This document shows positions 1-7,130 of a stretch of DNA of 32,000 nt, piece by piece. Each line of letters begins with the position of its first letter. Position 1 is the stretch's first letter. Origin of the DNA: Clostridiales bacterium. GTDB taxonomy: Bacteria; Bacillota; Clostridia; Christensenellales; Aristaeellaceae. Location: NCBI GenBank assembly GCA_004556155.1, contig SFIM01000013.1:18603-50602 (forward strand), read 5' to 3'. The notes under the pieces were generated by a model. The model ran no database searches and was not told the origin of the DNA. It was given only the letters and a program-made list of their open reading frames with translations. A program made the position numbers and the translations under genes.

Positions 1-1
1 C

Positions 2-1120
2 GTGCCTGCGGGCACATACATGGAAAACGTGGTGATCGCAGGCTTCTGGGGCGAGGCGCTGACGCTGGCCTTCGCGCCGGGCGTATACCTGCGCGGCACG
101 GTGGAAATCCGCCACTGCGGCGAGGTATCGCTGCAAGCCGCCAGCCTGGGCGACGCCTGCGTCTATCCCACCGGCGCGCAAACGCCCGTAACCGCGCGAG
201 CCGTGCAGCGGCTGAGGCTTAAAAGCCTGTATCTTTCGGGATATCGCGGACGTTCTACCGCGACCGACGGCAGCGAATACTGCGTGCAGGCGCAGGGCTG
301 CAACACGGTGATCGACGGCTGCGGCATGGAGTATTCCCGCAATGCCTGCCTGTACGCGGCGGGCGGCACGGCCAGCATGCATGCCTGCCTGGGCGGGTGC
401 ACGGGCGATAACCCCGCCACCAACGCCAACCTGGGCTATGCCGCCCGCGGCGCGGAGGGCGCGCACATCGCGCTGGAGGATACCTACCCCCTGGCCTTTA
501 TCGCCCATTACTGCGGCAGCGGCATGGCCACCTATCGGGTGGGCACGGGCTGCGTGGACACGGCGGGAGGCATGAGCGAACCGGGCAGCGCGCGGGTGAC
601 GCGCACCTTCCTGCCCAGCTTCCACTGCACCTACACGGGCAGCAGCCGCAAGGCTTATCCCAACAACAAGGTGATCTGGCAGGGCGTGTACGGCCAGTAC
701 CGCGCGGGCTACAATAATTTCAATACCGGCACGCTGTGGTTTGACGAGGCTTCGGCGGCGCTGGCGGGCAAGACCGTCCATCAGGCCACCCTGAGCCTGC
801 GCCGCTCCAACGGCGGCTCCTCCGCCGCGCGCAATGTGTATCTGGGCGCGGTGGCGCTGCGGCAGGCGGACTGGGCCACTACCTATCGCCCGGCCTTTAC
901 CGCGCCCTCGGCGCTGCCTGCTTATCCGGCGGGGCAGCTGAGCCGCGAGTGCGAGGGCGTGTACGATATAACCAGTCTGATGGCCGCCGTGCAGCAGGGC
1001 TATGGCATCGGCGTATACGAGCCCTGCGCGGCCTACAGCGGCAGCTATTCGCCGCACTACACCATGTTTTACGGCCTGGGCAGCGATTTTGTGCCCGTGC
1101 TGACCGTTACTTACAGCTGA
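2..1120 (+). CDS. 5'-truncated hypothetical structural protein (beta-helix / tail-fibre-like, prophage context)
   Basis: The open frame runs from the window edge to the stop at 1118-1120. The N-part is Gly/Ala/Cys-rich and repetitive, compatible with a parallel beta-helix. It lies directly upstream of a phage-type holin. No family was recognised by eye. Confidence 0.5.
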   Translation: MPAGTYMENVVIAGFWGEALTLAFAPGVYLRGTVEIRHCGEVSLQAASLGDACVYPTGAQTPVTARAVQRLRLKSLYLSGYRGRSTATDGSEYCVQAQGCNTVIDGCGMEYSRNACLYAAGGTASMHACLGGCTGDNPATNANLGYAARGAEGAHIALEDTYPLAFIAHYCGSGMATYRVGTGCVDTAGGMSEPGSARVTRTFLPSFHCTYTGSSRKAYPNNKVIWQGVYGQYRAGYNNFNTGTLWFDEASAALAGKTVHQATLSLRRSNGGSSAARNVYLGAVALRQADWATTYRPAFTAPSALPAYPAGQLSRECEGVYDITSLMAAVQQGYGIGVYEPCAAYSGSYSPHYTMFYGLGSDFVPVLTVTYS

Positions 1121-1178
1121 GCATAGGATAAAACAGGGCGCGTGCGCCCTGCTCAGGGTGAGAAAGGAGCTGTTCCAT

Positions 1179-1592
1179 ATGAATCATTTTTTCAAGGGCC
1201 TTGCCGGTGCGCTCAGCACGGTGGGGGCGTATCTTGTGTATCTGCTGGGCGGCTGGGACGCGGCGCTGACGGTGATGTTTGTGCTGATGGGGCTGGACTA
1301 TGCCACGGGGCTGCTGACGGCCTTTATGGGCAAAAGCCCCAAGACGCAGGGCGGCGGCTTTCGCTCCTCGGTGGCCTTTATTGGCATCAGCAAGAAGCTG
1401 ATGATGGTGGCCATCGTGATGCTGGCCGCGGCGCTGGATCGTCTGACGGGCGACAGCAATATCTGCCGCAGCGCGGCCATTGGCTTTTACGCGGCCAACG
1501 AGGGCTTATCCATCATGGAAAACGCCGCCGCGCTGGGCGTGCCGCTGCCCAAGGCGCTCAAGGACGTGATGGAGCGCCTGGACGAAAAATAA
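1179..1592 (+). CDS. phage_holin_4_1 / TcdE-type holin
   Basis: AAAGGAG (1163-1169) lies 9 nt before the ATG at 1179. The product MNHFFKGLAGALSTVGAYLVYLLGGWD...GLDYATGLL...ANEGLSIMENAA has the three-TM layout and motifs of the toxin-secretion/phage-lysis holin family. Confidence 0.85.
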   Translation: MNHFFKGLAGALSTVGAYLVYLLGGWDAALTVMFVLMGLDYATGLLTAFMGKSPKTQGGGFRSSVAFIGISKKLMMVAIVMLAAALDRLTGDSNICRSAAIGFYAANEGLSIMENAAALGVPLPKALKDVMERLDEK

Positions 1593-1614
1593 TTTTTAAG
1601 CGCGCCTGAGCCGC

Positions 1615-1660
1615 GCCGCCGCCGCGAGCTGCCGATCTTGCCGTTCGCGGCGGTTTTTTG
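1615..1660 (+). terminator. intrinsic terminator after the holin
   Basis: GC-rich stem GCCGCCGCGA...TCGCGGCGG followed by TTTTTT (1654-1659). Confidence 0.7.
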
Positions 1661-1760
1661 CCGGATAGCCTGCCGGTTCGCTTTCTTTTTTTACGCAATC
1701 CGCAGCGTAACGGGGAATTTGATGTGTTTTCGCATCAAATGATGATTTTTTGCACCGTTG

Positions 1761-1789
1761 TTGACAACTGAACGCAAAGCGGCTATACT
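1761..1789 (+). promoter_or_regulatory. sigma-A-type promoter
   Basis: TTGACA (1761-1766), 17-nt spacer, TATACT (1784-1789), about 50 nt upstream of the 1840 CDS. Confidence 0.55.
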
Positions 1790-1839
1790 AATTCTTGTCG
1801 CTAACGGGAACATATGTTTGCATTAAAGGAGGATGAAGC

Positions 1840-2118
1840 ATGAGCAAACGCACGATTATATACCGCAATGTGGCGGCGCGCATGGCGCTGCTGGGCATCA
1901 AGAAAACCGAGCTGGCCAAGCTGCTGGATATGAACTATTCCACCCTGCAGGGCAAGCTGCGCGGGCGCTCGTCCTTCTCGCTGGAGGAGGCCATCGAGAT
2001 CAAGGATATCCTGTGCTCGGGCGCGGCGCTGGAGGATTTCTTTGCCCGCACCGAGGCCGATTGCCCGCCCCTGCCCAATCAGGAGAGAATCTATGCCAGC
2101 AGCAAACCAACGGCCTGA
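1840..2118 (+). CDS. small helix-turn-helix DNA-binding protein (phage-type)
   Basis: AAAGGAGGA RBS at 1826-1834. The segment LLGIKKTELAKLLDMNYSTLQGKLRG is HTH-like. Confidence 0.6.
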   Translation: MSKRTIIYRNVAARMALLGIKKTELAKLLDMNYSTLQGKLRGRSSFSLEEAIEIKDILCSGAALEDFFARTEADCPPLPNQERIYASSKPTA

Positions 2119-2515
2119 AAACGAGCTGCGCGCCGAGGCGTATCTAAGCCGGGTAAGCGCGCTGCAAAGCGAGCTGACCTGCCAATTGCAGCACTTGCGG
2201 GCGCTGCGGGCGCATGGCCGCGCGGCCTCGGGCGCACAGGATGTGCTTACGCCCCTGCGCTTGCGGCAGGTGCAGCGGCGCGTGAAGCAATTGCGCGCAG
2301 ACCTTTCCCGCGCGCAGCGGGAGGTAGCCTGGGCTGTCGGCCGCCTGCCCAATCCCCGCGCGCGCACGCTGATGGAGATGCGCTACCTGTCCTGCCTGAC
2401 CTGGGATGAAATTGCCCAGGCGCTCTATGCTTCGCCCCGCGCGGCGCTGCGCATGCATCAGCGCGCGCTGCGGCAGGTGGATATCCTGCTGGCCGAGCGC
2501 GAGGATTGCCGCTGA
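2093..2515 (+). CDS. DUF1492 / sigma-70 region-4-like phage transcriptional regulator
   Basis: AGGAGAG (2081-2087) precedes the ATG at 2093. The N-part is coiled-coil. The C-terminal RARTLMEMRYLSCLTWDEIAQALYASPRAALRMHQRALRQV fits the DUF1492/sigma r4 pattern. The gene overlaps the previous CDS by 26 nt. Confidence 0.6.
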   Translation: MPAANQRPENELRAEAYLSRVSALQSELTCQLQHLRALRAHGRAASGAQDVLTPLRLRQVQRRVKQLRADLSRAQREVAWAVGRLPNPRARTLMEMRYLSCLTWDEIAQALYASPRAALRMHQRALRQVDILLAEREDCR

Positions 2516-2624
2516 AGGGCTGGACGCACTTTTTTGCCACAATCGGCGCGCGCGGCGACTTGACGGCGGAGCGGAAATAATAGTAAGATAAAGCGTTGAA
2601 CCAACCCAAAGGAGGATTTTCCCC

Positions 2625-3221
2625 TTGACCGAAGCCGAACTGCGCCCTATCGTGGCGCGCAACATCGCCGCCTGCCGCAAGCAAGCGGGCATGACGCAGG
2701 CCGAGCTGGCGGAAAAGCTGAACTATTCCGATAAAACGATTTCCAAGTGGGAGCGGGCGGAAGGCTTGCCCGATCTGGTGGTCAGCCAGAATATCGCGGA
2801 GCTGTTCGGCGTGCCGCTGGACGCGCTGCTGCGCGATGATACGCCCAAGCCCGTGGACGATGCGCGAAGCGCGCGCCAGCTCAACGCCCGCCGCAGGATG
2901 ATCCTGCTGATGTCGGTGAGCTTGTGCTGGCTGGTCGCCACCATCGCTTACTTTGCCCTCAAGCTCGCCGTGCCCACGCTGCCGCGCGTGTGGCTGGCCT
3001 TCATCTATGCCATGCCCGCCAGCTTTATCGTGTGCACGGTGTTCACCTGCATCTGGTGGAAAAAGCTCTGGCGGCTGCTGTCGATCAGCGGCATTATCTG
3101 GACGCTGGCCGTGGCTGTGCATATCAGCATCCGCCTGCCGGCCATCTACCTGATCTATGTGGTGGCTGCCGTGGTGCAGGCGCTGTTTTTGATGTTCTTC
3201 CATTTTTTGCGCATCAAGTGA
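2625..3221 (+). CDS. XRE-family HTH regulator with four C-terminal transmembrane helices
   Basis: TTG start after AAAGGAGGA (2609-2617). The HTH_3 signature is AGMTQAELAEKLNYSDKTISKWERAEGLPD. The C-terminal half is hydrophobic (LLMSVSLCWLVATIAYF..., IYLIYVVAAVVQALFLMFF). Confidence 0.75.
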   Translation: MTEAELRPIVARNIAACRKQAGMTQAELAEKLNYSDKTISKWERAEGLPDLVVSQNIAELFGVPLDALLRDDTPKPVDDARSARQLNARRRMILLMSVSLCWLVATIAYFALKLAVPTLPRVWLAFIYAMPASFIVCTVFTCIWWKKLWRLLSISGIIWTLAVAVHISIRLPAIYLIYVVAAVVQALFLMFFHFLRIK

Positions 3222-3231
3222 GGAGCCAGCC

Positions 3232-3909
3232 ATGACCAAAGCCGTGTATGAGATGCTGCTGGGCTATATGCAATCCTGCGTGGCCGACCGCGCGCACGAT
3301 GAAAACCATGTGCTGCGCGTGCTGTCCAACGCCCTGCAAATCGCCCGCGAGGAGCCGCAGGCTGACCTGGATATCCTGATGGCGGCCTGCCTGCTGCACG
3401 ATGTGGCCCGGCGCGAGGAGATGGAAACGCCCGGCGTGCGCCATGCGGAGGCTGGAGCTGGAAAGGCGCGCGCGTTCCTGCAGCGCCAGGGCTTTTCAGC
3501 CGAATTTTGCAGCCGTGTGGCGGATTGCATCGCCGCGCACAGCTTTGGCAGCGGCCCTGCGCCTGCGCGCATCGAGGAAAAAATCCTCTTTGACGCGGAC
3601 AAGCTGGACGCCGCCGGGGCGCTGGGTACGGCGCGGATGCTGCTGTATCACGGCGCGGCGGGCGATCCGATTTATGAGGTGCGCGCGGACGGGCAGGTAA
3701 GCGACGGCGTTGGGGATGCGCAGCGGAATTATTTTTATGAGTATCACGGCATGATTGCCCAAATGGCCGGCAGCATGCTCACCCCGGCAGGCCGCCGCAT
3801 GGCGCAGGCGCGCGCCCAGACCGCGCGGCAGCTGTATCAGGCCATCTATGATGAGGCGCAGGGCTGCCATCTGGCTTTGCGGCAGGCGCTTGACGGCGCG
3901 TTTTCCTGA
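3232..3909 (+). CDS. HD-domain metal-dependent phosphohydrolase
   Basis: GAGGAG RBS. The H...HD motif is present (ENHVLRVL...ACLLHDVARRE) together with a later DADKLD. The gene starts 10 nt after the previous stop, so it is probably operonic. Confidence 0.8.
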   Translation: MTKAVYEMLLGYMQSCVADRAHDENHVLRVLSNALQIAREEPQADLDILMAACLLHDVARREEMETPGVRHAEAGAGKARAFLQRQGFSAEFCSRVADCIAAHSFGSGPAPARIEEKILFDADKLDAAGALGTARMLLYHGAAGDPIYEVRADGQVSDGVGDAQRNYFYEYHGMIAQMAGSMLTPAGRRMAQARAQTARQLYQAIYDEAQGCHLALRQALDGAFS

Positions 3910-3948
3910 TGCGGAAAAATTATTTTCAAAAATATTTGCAAAAAACAC

Positions 3949-3977
3949 TTGCCTTTTTGCCCAAACCGCCATATAAT
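3949..3977 (+). promoter_or_regulatory. sigma-A-type promoter
   Basis: TTGCCT (3949-3954), 17-nt spacer, TATAAT (3972-3977). Confidence 0.55.
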
Positions 3978-3983
3978 GATTTC

Positions 3984-4224
3984 GGTTAAGGTTCGGGTCT
4001 GTGGTTGAAAACCGATGCCAGTCGCAGGCAAAGCGGTCCACGTAAGCCTGGAGAATTTCCGGGTGAGCATGGTGCGGTTTAGACGTAAGTCCGGCCGGAT
4101 GAAAATCCGAGAGAGCGGCGTGGGGGCCAAGATGCTATGAGCAATGCTCCTGCCGGCGAGTGTGGGGTCAAAGACCAGGTCAGCCTTCCTTAAACCGGAA
4201 AAATTATCAGGGGGTTTACCATCC
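3984..4224 (+). promoter_or_regulatory. long structured 5' leader (unclassified) of the zinc-ribbon gene
   Basis: About 240 nt separate the predicted TSS from the ATG at 4225, with no credible ORF. Local hairpins include CGGAU-GAAA-AUCCG (4096-4109), CCUGGA-GAAUU-UCCGGG (4047-4063), GGUC-AAA-GACC (4166-4176) and GAGC-AAU-GCUC (4140-4150). The ends GGUUAAGG (3984-3991) and CCUUAAACC (4187-4195) can pair. Confidence 0.35.
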
Positions 4225-4506
4225 ATGTACGAAGACAAGACGCTGGTATGCCGCGACTGTGGGCAGGAATTCGTGTTCACCGCTGGCGAACAGGAATTCT
4301 ACGCTGAAAAGGGCTTCCAGAACGAGCCCACCCGCTGCAAGGCTTGCCGTCAGGCTCGCAAGGCCAGCCGTCCGGCTCCTGGCGCTCCCCGCGAGACTTA
4401 CACCACCACGTGTGCGAATTGCGGCGCCGAGACCACTGTTCCCTTCATTCCCAAGAACGACCGCCCCATCTACTGCAGCGAGTGCTTCGCCGCGATGCGT
4501 CGGTAA
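4225..4506 (+). CDS. double zinc-ribbon protein (CxxC...CxxC plus CxxC-x17-CxxC)
   Basis: MYEDKTLVCRDCGQEFVFTAGEQEFYAEKGFQNEPTRCKACR carries the first Cys pair set. CANCGAETTVPFIPKNDRPIYCSEC is an exact CxxC-x17-CxxC. The ATG is at 4225. Confidence 0.85.
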   Translation: MYEDKTLVCRDCGQEFVFTAGEQEFYAEKGFQNEPTRCKACRQARKASRPAPGAPRETYTTTCANCGAETTVPFIPKNDRPIYCSECFAAMRR

Positions 4507-4571
4507 TCATACCGTCACAGCGAAGCCTGCGTCCCTCGCAAGAGATGGGCAGGCTATAAGATGAGTGCAAT

Positions 4572-4605
4572 GCGGAAGGCTGCGAAAGCAGTCTTCCGTT
4601 TTTCT
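4572..4605 (+). terminator. intrinsic terminator
   Basis: Stem GCGGAAGGCUGC / GCAGUCUUCCG with a GAAA loop, followed by UUUUUCU. Confidence 0.75.
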
Positions 4606-4680
4606 GTGGCTTCAAGCACCGTAGGGCATGGCATCATGCCGTTTTTTCGTGCGCGCGCTCCGGCTTTTGCGCTGAAATCA

Positions 4681-4709
4681 TTGACGGATAGCCCGCCATG
4701 TGCTATAAT
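4681..4709 (+). promoter_or_regulatory. sigma-A promoter with extended -10
   Basis: TTGACG (4681-4686), 17-nt spacer, TGC-TATAAT (4701-4709). Confidence 0.65.
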
Positions 4710-4747
4710 TTTTTAGTACTACGATACGAGTTTCTGGAGGGATTTGT

Positions 4748-5497
4748 ATGTCCGGTCATTCCAAATGGCATAATATTCAGGCGAAAAAGGGCAAGGCGGA
4801 CGCCGCGCGCGGCAAGATCTTTACCAAGATCGGCCGTGAAATCGCCATCGCTGTGCGCGAGGGCGGCGCGAACCCGGAAAGCAACGGCAAGCTGCGCGAT
4901 ATCATCGCCAAGGCCAAGGCCAATAACATGCCCAACGATAACATTCAGCGCTCCATCAAAAAGGCCGCGGGCGAAGGCAGCGGCATCAACTACGAAGAAA
5001 TCGTTTATGAAGGCTATGCCCCCGGCGGCGTGGCTGTCATTTGCAATATCGTAACCGATAACCGCAACCGCACCAGCGCGGATGTGCGCCACATCTTTGA
5101 TAAGTGCGGCGGCAACCTGGGCGCTCCCGGCTCGGTTAGCTACATGTTTGATAACAAGGGTCAGATCGTCGTTGAGCGCGAGCCCGGCATGGACGAGGAC
5201 GAAATGATGATGATCGCCCTGGATGCGGGCGCCGAGGATATGAAGGCGCTGGACGATGTGTTTGAAATCTACACCGCGCCCAACGATTTCTCCGCCGTGC
5301 GCGAGGCGCTGGAGCAGCAGGGTCTGTCCTTCCTGTCCGCGGACGTGAAGATGATCCCGCAGAACACCGTCTCCATCACCGATGAGGAAACCGCCGCCAA
5401 GATCGAAAAGCTGCTGGACATGCTGGATGATAATGACGACGTGGCCGACGTGTATCACAACGCCGAGCTGCCCGAATCCGACGAAGAGGACGAATAA
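4748..5497 (+). CDS. yebC: YebC/PmpR-family DNA-binding regulator
   Basis: [46 protein letters not shown]... is the canonical YebC N-terminus. GGAGGG RBS. Confidence 0.95.
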   Translation: MSGHSKWHNIQAKKGKADAARGKIFTKIGREIAIAVREGGANPESNGKLRDIIAKAKANNMPNDNIQRSIKKAAGEGSGINYEEIVYEGYAPGGVAVICNIVTDNRNRTSADVRHIFDKCGGNLGAPGSVSYMFDNKGQIVVEREPGMDEDEMMMIALDAGAEDMKALDDVFEIYTAPNDFSAVREALEQQGLSFLSADVKMIPQNTVSITDEETAAKIEKLLDMLDDNDDVADVYHNAELPESDEEDE

Positions 5498-5566
5498 GCC
5501 CAGCGATGCGCTGAGCGCTTCATGGCTCGATGCGCTGAGCGCCATCATGGATATGCGATTGAACGG

Positions 5567-5600
5567 GAAAGCCCGGGCAGAAAACCGCCCGGGCTTTTTC
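5567..5600 (+). terminator. intrinsic terminator after yebC
   Basis: GAAAGCCCGGGC ... GCCCGGGCUUU followed by UUCC. Confidence 0.8.
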
Positions 5601-5633
5601 CATAGCCTTTCCCATCCTTCACAGAAGCCGCAG

Positions 5634-5662
5634 TGGAAATGCTCATGCCCTTATGGTATAAT
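5634..5662 (+). promoter_or_regulatory. possible extended -10 promoter
   Basis: TGG-TATAAT (5654-5662) with a weak -35 TGGAAA (5634-5639). Confidence 0.35.
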
Positions 5663-5710
5663 CAGAGCATGCCCATGGGGACGGCAAATCAGGGCTTGCG
5701 AGGGTTGATT

Positions 5711-6088
5711 ATGGACAAGCGGGAAATTCTAAATTGCCTATCTGAATTCCCTTATGATCGAAATGAGTATTGGGTCATCACTGGCGGAGCCATGGTGCTA
5801 TATGATATTCGTGAGCAGACTGCTGACATTGATCTTGGATGCAGCGAGCGATTAGCTGATCGTCTGGAAGCAGACGGCTGTCTGTTCCGGCGAACGGAGC
5901 ATGGGAAAAGATGGTTCAAATACGGCAGGAATATAGAGATTTTTGAGGAATGGCTGATGGACGGCACGGAATCAGTCCATGGCTTCAAGGTCATATCCAT
6001 CAAGGGATTGATTGAAATGAAACAGGAGCTTGGACGGGAAAAGGATAAAAAGGATATGGAATTGATTCAGGCATTTCTGAACCGATAA
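5711..6088 (+). CDS. small nucleotidyltransferase-fold protein (hypothetical)
   Basis: GAGGG RBS (5699-5703) precedes the ATG at 5711. WVITGGAMVLYDIREQTADIDLG looks like the GG...DxD minimal NTase motif. Composition is clearly AT-richer than the flanks. Confidence 0.55.
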   Translation: MDKREILNCLSEFPYDRNEYWVITGGAMVLYDIREQTADIDLGCSERLADRLEADGCLFRRTEHGKRWFKYGRNIEIFEEWLMDGTESVHGFKVISIKGLIEMKQELGREKDKKDMELIQAFLNR

Positions 6089-6198
6089 CCGCCAGCCTGC
6101 CGAACGGCCCCCTTGGCGCGGCGATGCTGCGGGCGCGCCCATTGCAGACGCCCCTGCGCCTTGTCCGCTGCCAGGGCGGCCTCATGATGAACAGCAAT

Positions 6199-6246
6199 GG
6201 CCCTCCGTATGACGCGGCAGATACGGAGGGCCAGTTGTTTTATTTG
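6199..6246. terminator. hairpin shared by convergent genes (NTase and sigG)
   Basis: 12-bp stem GGCCCTCCGTAT / ATACGGAGGGCC (6199-6210 / 6221-6232) with a T-rich tail on the + strand. Confidence 0.55.
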
Positions 6247-6274
6247 CTGGATGCGCCCGCCGGGGGCGTGGCGC

Positions 6275-7057
6275 TCAGCTTTCCGACACATACTTGCGCA
6301 TGTGCTGCAGGGCGTTCTTTTCCAGCCGCGATACCTGCGCCTGGGAGATGCCGATCTCGCCGGCGACCTCCATCTGCGTGCGCCCCTCGAAAAAGCGCAT
6401 GCGCAGGATACTCTGCTCGCGCTCGGTCAGGCGGCGCAGCGCCTCGCTGACGGCCAGATTTTCCAGCCACTGGCTGTCCGTATGGCGCGGATCCTTGACC
6501 TGATCGATGATGTAGATGGCGTCGCCGCCGTCGTTATAGATCGGCTCAAACAGGGATACGGGATCCTGGATGGCCTCCAGCGCCAGCACCACGTCCTCCT
6601 CGGGCACGTCCAGCGCCTTGGCGATTTCGCCCACGCTGGGCTCACGGTTCATCTCGGCCACCAGGCGGTCGCGCGCTTGCAGGGCTTTATAGGCCGTATC
6701 GCGCAGGCTGCGGCTGACGCGGATGGGGTTGTTATCCCGCAGGTAGCGGCGGATTTCGCCGATGATCATCGGCACGGCATAGGTGGAAAAGCGCACGTTC
6801 TGCGTCACGTCAAAGTTATCAAGCGCTTTGATCAGCCCGATGCAGCCCACCTGAAACAGGTCGTCCGCGTTTTCCCCGCGATTGCTGAAGCGCTGCACCA
6901 CGCTGAGCACCAGCCTGAGATTGCCGCGGATAAACTCCTCCCGCGCCGCGCGGTCGCCGCCATGTACCAGCGGAAACAGCTCGCGCATGCGCTCATTGGT
7001 AAGCACGGGCAGGGTGGAGGTTTCCACCCCGCAGATCTCTACCTTGCTGCTTGCCAT
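6275..7057 (-). CDS. sigG: sporulation sigma factor SigG (forespore, SigF/G clade)
   Basis: Sigma-70 regions 2-4 are present (RGNLRLVLSVVQRF, DLFQVGCIGLIKALDNFD, STYAVPMIIGEIRRYLRDNNPIRVSRS, ISQAQVSRLEK). The gene lies downstream of sigE, as in the canonical spoIIGA-sigE-sigG cluster. Confidence 0.93.
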   Translation of the reverse strand: MASSKVEICGVETSTLPVLTNERMRELFPLVHGGDRAAREEFIRGNLRLVLSVVQRFSNRGENADDLFQVGCIGLIKALDNFDVTQNVRFSTYAVPMIIGEIRRYLRDNNPIRVSRSLRDTAYKALQARDRLVAEMNREPSVGEIAKALDVPEEDVVLALEAIQDPVSLFEPIYNDGGDAIYIIDQVKDPRHTDSQWLENLAVSEALRRLTEREQSILRMRFFEGRTQMEVAGEIGISQAQVSRLEKNALQHMRKYVSES

Positions 7058-7082
7058 ACCGATTTTTACCTCCGATGAAATC

Positions 7083-7111
7083 AGTATGGCTTTTCGCGCC
7101 CGCCTTTATGC
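7083..7111 (-). promoter_or_regulatory. forespore-type (sigma-F/sigma-G) promoter of sigG
   Basis: The minus strand reads GCATA (7107-7111), 18-nt spacer, CATACTG (7082-7088). This is close to the GHATR-N18-CATxHTA consensus and lies ~25 nt upstream of the sigG ATG. Confidence 0.5.
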
Positions 7112-7130
7112 GCGCGGGGCGAACTTTTGT

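Noticed and set aside
3984-4224. Possible known RNA class (RNase P, SRP, 6S, ykkC, c-di-AMP or cobalamin riboswitch)
   Set aside because: Only short motif resemblances are present (AAGUCCGG, AUCCGAGAG, CGUAAGC). The order and length do not fit any of these consensus architectures as I remember them, so it is left unclassified.
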